NCBI GenBank assembly: GCA_040902535.1
Contig: JBBDXD010000022.1
Location: 220,823-284,822 of the forward strand
Reading direction: 5' to 3'
Length of the DNA: 64,000 nucleotides
Source of the DNA: Dehalococcoidia bacterium
Lineage (GTDB): Bacteria > Chloroflexota > Dehalococcoidia > DSTF01 > JACRBR01
In this document: piece after piece, positions 58,801 to 64,000 of the stretch
Position numbering within the stretch: the first letter of the stretch is position 1
Layout: every line of letters begins with the position of its first letter
The notes under the pieces: model-generated
Told to the model about the DNA's origin: nothing
Seen by the model: the letters and a program-made list of their open reading frames with translations, nothing else
Database searches by the model: none
Program-made: the position numbers and the translations under genes

Positions 58801-59651
58801 TCACCCGCCGGCGCTGATCTGAACCCTGGCGAGCGCTGTTGGTTGGCCGTTGCGGCGCGCCTGAAACGCTTCTAACTCATGCATGGCCTGGAAGAGCAGC
58901 CGGTTGAGGTGCGCGTCATACTTGGTGAGGTTGATCAGTGACTGTTCAGGCGGGAGCAGGCGCTCGCGCCGCATGCGGTCCTGCTCGTCGAGGACGAACG
59001 CGAGGTCGCGCCCGCGCTCATCGATCTGCATCGCGAGATGCGTAGCGACATCACGCAGGACGTCCTCGACCTTCGCGCCGAGCGATGAGGTGTGCGCCTG
59101 TACGACGGCCAGCATGAGGCCGGTCGTCCAGCCCGTGTCGTCGCCCCTGCATTCATCGCTTCTTCGTCAGCGCCGGCCGCCTCAAGCGCGGCGGTGAAGG
59201 CATCGCCCGCGATGGCGCTGACGGCGCGGAGAGGATCGCCGCGGACGCCCAATGCCGCGAGGGCTTCCTGGGCGCCGTCGAGCAATTCCTGAGCGTGCTC
59301 GACGGACGCGGGCCGCGACCAAGCGTAGCGCTTCTGGAAATCGAGCGACACCCGCTCGCGAGCGGCGGCGGCGAGGTCGGCCTCGTAGGGAGCGACGCGC
59401 CGCAGCCGCCAGAACAGTTCCGCGATGCGGCGGCAGAGTTCCGCTTCGACGGTGCCGACAGGCGCGTAGTCATCGATGACCCCCTGCTGGAAGGACTCCC
59501 AGCCGCCGGTATCTTCAGCAGGCAGCGGCACGACCGCCGACGCGATGCCGTGACGGACGGCGTTGAGGCGTGCCGCCGCCTTGCCTGCCTCAGTCTTTGG
59601 CCCGCAGCGGGTCTTGCCGTTCGCAGGGGTCTTCGCGCGCCGAGATTTCAC
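58801..59651 (-). pseudogene. Hypothetical protein (GPKT.EGK...NA..HG family), split by a frameshift near 59150
   Basis: N-part GPKTEAGKAAARLNAVRHG..E..RI....WRLRR. C-part in the other frame (..KYDAHLNR.L..AMHELEA.Q.RR) completes the family pattern. Confidence 0.65.
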
Positions 59652-59830
59652 AGCACTCCCTAGTCTCTGAGGAGGAACCGTCCCGCGGTCGCGCGCTGCG
59701 GAGTGCTACTGACGAGTTTCTCTCGCGCGGGCGCTCGGAGTCAAGCGCAGTTTTCCGCACAGGGACTGATCCGCGACGACGACCGTAGGCGATTCCGACG
59801 TTAGGTGGCGATAGGAACGAACATTGTGCG

Positions 59831-59860
59831 TTGACGCGACGAACCATTGCGGCTTATAGT
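59831..59860 (+). promoter_or_regulatory. Strong sigma-70-like promoter upstream of the RHS gene
   Basis: TTGACG-N18-TATAGT. Confidence 0.7.
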
Positions 59861-59922
59861 CGTCGCCCTATGGTCACCTTTCTTCGCTCGTCGAGGCTTG
59901 CCATCGGCTTTCGGGTACCCGC

Positions 59923-60276
59923 GTGGTGGCGAACATCGGACGGGCGGGCGGACGGATTAGTTCGCCGGATGGCCGCGTGACGATCGACTTCCCGAGCGAT
60001 GCCGTACTTGAAGAGGTCGATATCAGTATCACTAAGCGCAGCCCGCGCGAACTGGCGCCGCCGCCGTCTCCCGATTTCCCGTTCATTGCTGCCTGGTCGT
60101 TTGAAGCGGTGATACGATCGAGCGGCAAGGCGCGCCACACGTTCGCGAAGCCGTTGACGATCACGACACGCTTCACTAAGGGCGAGATGGTGCCGTACGA
60201 TCCAAGAAACCTCGCCTTCTGGACATTCGACGAAGCCATCAACCAGTGGCAACACGTCCCGGCGCAGGTCGACTAG
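59923..60276 (+). CDS. N-terminal (ZU5-like) segment of the RHS gene, ended by an in-frame TAG
   Basis: GG.+.SPDGRV.+.FP..AV and W..VP..VD. The next in-frame codons continue RKRTIVAHPDHFS. Confidence 0.6.
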   Translation: MVANIGRAGGRISSPDGRVTIDFPSDAVLEEVDISITKRSPRELAPPPSPDFPFIAAWSFEAVIRSSGKARHTFAKPLTITTRFTKGEMVPYDPRNLAFWTFDEAINQWQHVPAQVD

Positions 60277-63200
60277 CGAAAACGCACCATCGTAGCGCAT
60301 CCCGACCACTTCAGCGATGACGCTATTACCGCGACGAGGATCACTGACGTGGCGCCGTTGTTGGACGGGCGAAACGTCAACCTCCAGAGCGGCTCAGCAA
60401 GCTTCGGCGTCCCGATCACCGTACCAGCGGGCCAAGGCGGACTCACGCCCAATCTCACGCTCACGTACGATTCCGGCCGGCTCGGTGAAATGCGTGGGTG
60501 GGCTTCGGTCGGCAGCTGGGTTGGGATCGGATGGGATCTCGATGTCCCGCACATCAGCATCAGTCAGAACGAGGATAACCCCTCCACCGGAAACCACACT
60601 CATCGCGTATTCCTTGCGGTGGATGGGTTCGGCGGGGAAATCATGCAGGATTACCTGATGCGCCAGGACGGCGACGGATACCTCTGGCATGCGACGAACG
60701 AGCAGTACGTCAAGATCCGATCGAGCAGCCAGAGCATCAACGGGGCCGTATGGACCGTTTGGGACAAGAGCGGGACGAAGTATGTCTTTGGGGGTGGCAA
60801 TCTCGACAGCCAGTACCGCCGCTACTACCGGCAAGACATATGCGACGACGTGCGTGACTATCGCGCCGATGTGAAGTTCATCGAGGACGTGCACGGAAAT
60901 CGCATCGACTTTGAGTACTGGCAGCAGAAGTATAACTACTGTGGTCCGGGCTCGGAGTACGTGATGGCGGCATATCCGTGGAAGATCACGTATAACGACG
61001 GACAGGCACAACTAGAGTTCCATCGCGGAACCGACGAGTGCGTCGGCGCGCCGCTCATCTGTACGCGCTTCGACGTCCCTCGTGACGTCCACGATGGGGG
61101 CTGTCCGGAGGAGAGCGAGGACTATTTCGCACCACCGGTCATGGAAATCCGAAAGCTCAATCAGATCGAGGTGAAGGTTTCCGGCGCGCTCGTCCGACGA
61201 TATGACTTCAGCTACGACACCACGCCGTTCGGGAATTGGGGCGGCTGTCCACCCGTGCCGGCGGCGGGTGAGCACAAGCTGACCCAATTGATTATCCGCG
61301 ATCGTAATTTCGCGGCGTACCCATTCACGACGACCAAGTTCTTCTATGGCTCGGAACACTTCGCGTTTCACGAAGAGGGCACGCCTATTGAATCGATTTG
61401 GGACTACAACTGGAAGCACCTGCAGCGGATCGAGAATGGCATGGGCGGGGAGGTCCAGTTCGACTACGCGGAGGAGATCCAGGCGTACACGTTCCGGCAT
61501 TGGTCGATCAGCACGGTGAGCGAACAGCGCACCATCTACGGCGCGGGCCAACCCGATGTCGTCCGCTCAATCGAGTACAACAACGGACCCTATCAATACA
61601 ACTATCCTGATCCATACAAGAAACAGTCCGACCCCAACTACGTCGATGAGTTTCGTGCCGCCAAGCGGGGCTTCCAAGAGGTGACGGAGTTCGACCAAGG
61701 AGGGGAGCAAGGAAATTACGTCAAGCACCAGTATTTCGCCACGAGCAACAGCCCGAGCGGCTGGTCAGAGGAGGTGCTGACCGGACGAGAGCATACGACT
61801 ACGTCGTTTGATGCGAATGACGGCCAATGGAAGAAGGTTGAGACCGAGTGGCTCATCCGGCAGGTGGACAATCCATTCGGTTCTATTACCCTCACGAACT
61901 TCGTGGCGCCGGAGTCCACGACCACGACGTTGCGCGATGGCACCGAACTCATCACGCAGAACGCGTACGACGCGTACGGCAACCTCTCCGAGCAACTGAG
62001 CCTCGGAGCGCCCGGCGCTGGCGACGACGCGAAAACGCTGACGCCGTTCCACCACAACACGGCGGCATGGATCTTCGCGCCGAAGTACACCGAGGTGGTC
62101 GACCCGGCGACGTCGGCGCAGCTGCGTCGCACTAACTTGTACTACGACGGCGCCAACTCCGCCGCGACGTTGCCCACCAAGGGACTGGTGACGGCGACGT
62201 CGGCAAAGGTCGACAGCAACGCGACGAGCAACACGTACGTCGTCTACGACGCCTACGGTAATCCAATACAGGCGTCCAATCCCACGGCAAGCCAGCCGGA
62301 AGGTGAGACGCCCGGCGGCAGTCTCGGCTGGATGCCGGCCGGCACGCCCTACAGCACCACAAGCTATGACGCGACCCATCATGTCTTTCCGGTGTCGCAG
62401 ACAAACGCGCTCGGCCACGTCACGACGACGGACTATGACTTCGTGCTGGGGAAGCCGGTGGCCGTCCACGAACCCACCGGAAGGACCACGCAGATCCGAT
62501 ATGACCAGTTCGGACGCCCGTCGAAGGCGTGGGACAACTTCGATTCCGAGACCTATCCCACCGTACAGTTCACGTACACGTGGGGAACAATCCCGAACCG
62601 CACGCAGATCGACCGCCGCACCTTCTCAGGCACGAACTACACATTTCGTTCGCAGACATGCATGGACGGTTTCGGCAGGGAAGTGGAACGGGCGGCGAGT
62701 TACATCTCCGTTGATACGGCGTCAGTCCGGACCGACTACGACGCCCGCGGGCTGAAGTCTGTCGTCAGCGCTCGGACGCACATGGGGTCGGCCACCGTCA
62801 ACTGTCCCACCACTCCGAGCCCGATGGTGTCGCGCGACCGCGACGCGTACACGTATGACCCGCTCGGCAACGTTGTCGTCACCAAGCATCTTGCAGCGAA
62901 CCAGTCGACCGGCCCCCAGAGCACGGCGAACTACAACGGCCTTACCACGACCGTCACGGACGAGAAGGGGAACGCCACGACGCATGTGCGCGACCTCGAC
63001 GACCGCCGGCTCGCGGTGTACGAGCCGGGCGGCATTTCGTCCTCGACCGTCCTGCGCCCGAACGGGCAGGGAGCCTACGCGGAGTGGGACCAGGGGTTCC
63101 CCCTCGGCGTCCCGCATTACCAAACCGTCGATGACGTCGCGCCGGACGACGACGGCAGCTACGTCGCGCGGCTGGAGTGGTACAAGAAGGACACCTTCAC

Positions 63201-64000
63201 GTTCCCCGGTGCCAACCTGCCCACTGGAACGGTCATCGATTCCGTGAACCTGCGCTTCCGATGGAAGCACTGGGACGGCTACACACCGAACCCAGGCGCT
63301 CCGGTCATGTGGGCGCTCATGCGCCAATCGGGTGTGGACACGCAGGGCCCCACCTACCACAGCACGAACCAGGTCGACTGGCGCAACCATCACAGCTGGG
63401 AGATGACGACGAACCCCCGCACCGGGCAACCATGGACACTTGCCGAAGTCAATGCCGCGCGCGATTGCGGGTTCGAGGTCCATCCCACTGGCGGTGCCCG
63501 CCCCTATGTCACCGAGGTGTTCGTGGAGATCCGGTCGCATTCCACGGCGGCGCCCAACACGACGTATCAGCACGACCGGGTCGGCCAACTCACGGGCGTG
63601 ACCGACGCTGCGGGCAACGTCACCTCGCTTACCTACGACCTCGGTGGGCGCAAGAAGGCGATGACCGACCCAGACATGGGCCCATGGACGTATAGCTATA
63701 CCGTGGCGGGCGACCTCACGTCGCAGACCGACGCTCGCGGCGTGGTCACGAATTTGGGCTACGACGCCTTGAGGCGGCTCACTGCGAAGACCTACTCGAA
63801 CGGAGACGCTCCGGTTGCGTTCCTGTACGACTCGTATCCAGACACCTCCCTCTGTCCGCAGGGTGTGACCGCCATCGGGAAGATGACCCGGATGCGCGAC
63901 GGCGCCGGCGAAGCGTTGACCTGCTATGACGCGCGCGGCCGCAGCGTGAAGGATCGCAGGACGATTCTCGGCGCGTCCTACGAGACGTCGCGCGAGTACA
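60277..64000 (+). CDS. RHS/YD-repeat protein with SpvB/TcB-like N-terminus, partial (runs off right edge)
   Basis: Manually translated about 1241 codons without a stop. VNLQSGSASFGVPI.VP.G.GGLTP.L.L.YDS, G.GW.L, YDAYGN, YDQFGR, TDAAGN, YDLGGRK..MTDPDMG.W.Y.Y. First GTG 60349, first ATG 60490. Confidence 0.9.

Noticed and set aside
59708-59730. Hammerhead-like CTGACGA core
   Set aside because: No downstream stem II plus GAAA element could be found.

Overview
A high-GC bacterial chromosomal window, probably from Chloroflexota (Dehalococcoidia-like). This is an inference from the FtsK loop insertion, an archaellin-like gene, an F420-type LLM oxidoreductase, an HdrB-anchored succinate dehydrogenase and a pan-type leader. 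It is mostly housekeeping: a glycosyltransferase cluster, ftsK-rnj-UDG, tatBC, yceD-rpmF-fabD-fabG-nusB-acpP, zinc-ribbon-recombinase-rnhC-rnpB, an ECF sigma/anti-sigma pair, panDBC, yebC-ruvC, tlyA-nadK-argA, sdhAB plus HdrB-like anchor, ruvA and methylmalonyl-CoA mutase. It ends in a >1200-codon RHS/YD-repeat gene that runs off the right edge. I found no rRNA, tRNA, CRISPR array or transposase. Most notable: (1) a large serine recombinase that has lost its catalytic residues but kept its DNA-binding domains, embedded in a core operon; (2) an orphan archaellin-like gene; (3) a GT-C glycosyltransferase fused to a pilin-like C-terminal domain; (4) an unannotated structured RNA at ~27.1 kb; (5) an RHS protein with a foreign domain inside its YD repeats; (6) a TetM/OtrA-like gene with a putative translational attenuator. 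Several apparent frameshifts are each fixed by adding one base to a G/C homopolymer, so some disruptions may be assembly errors. All protein family calls come from motif recognition by eye, not database searches.
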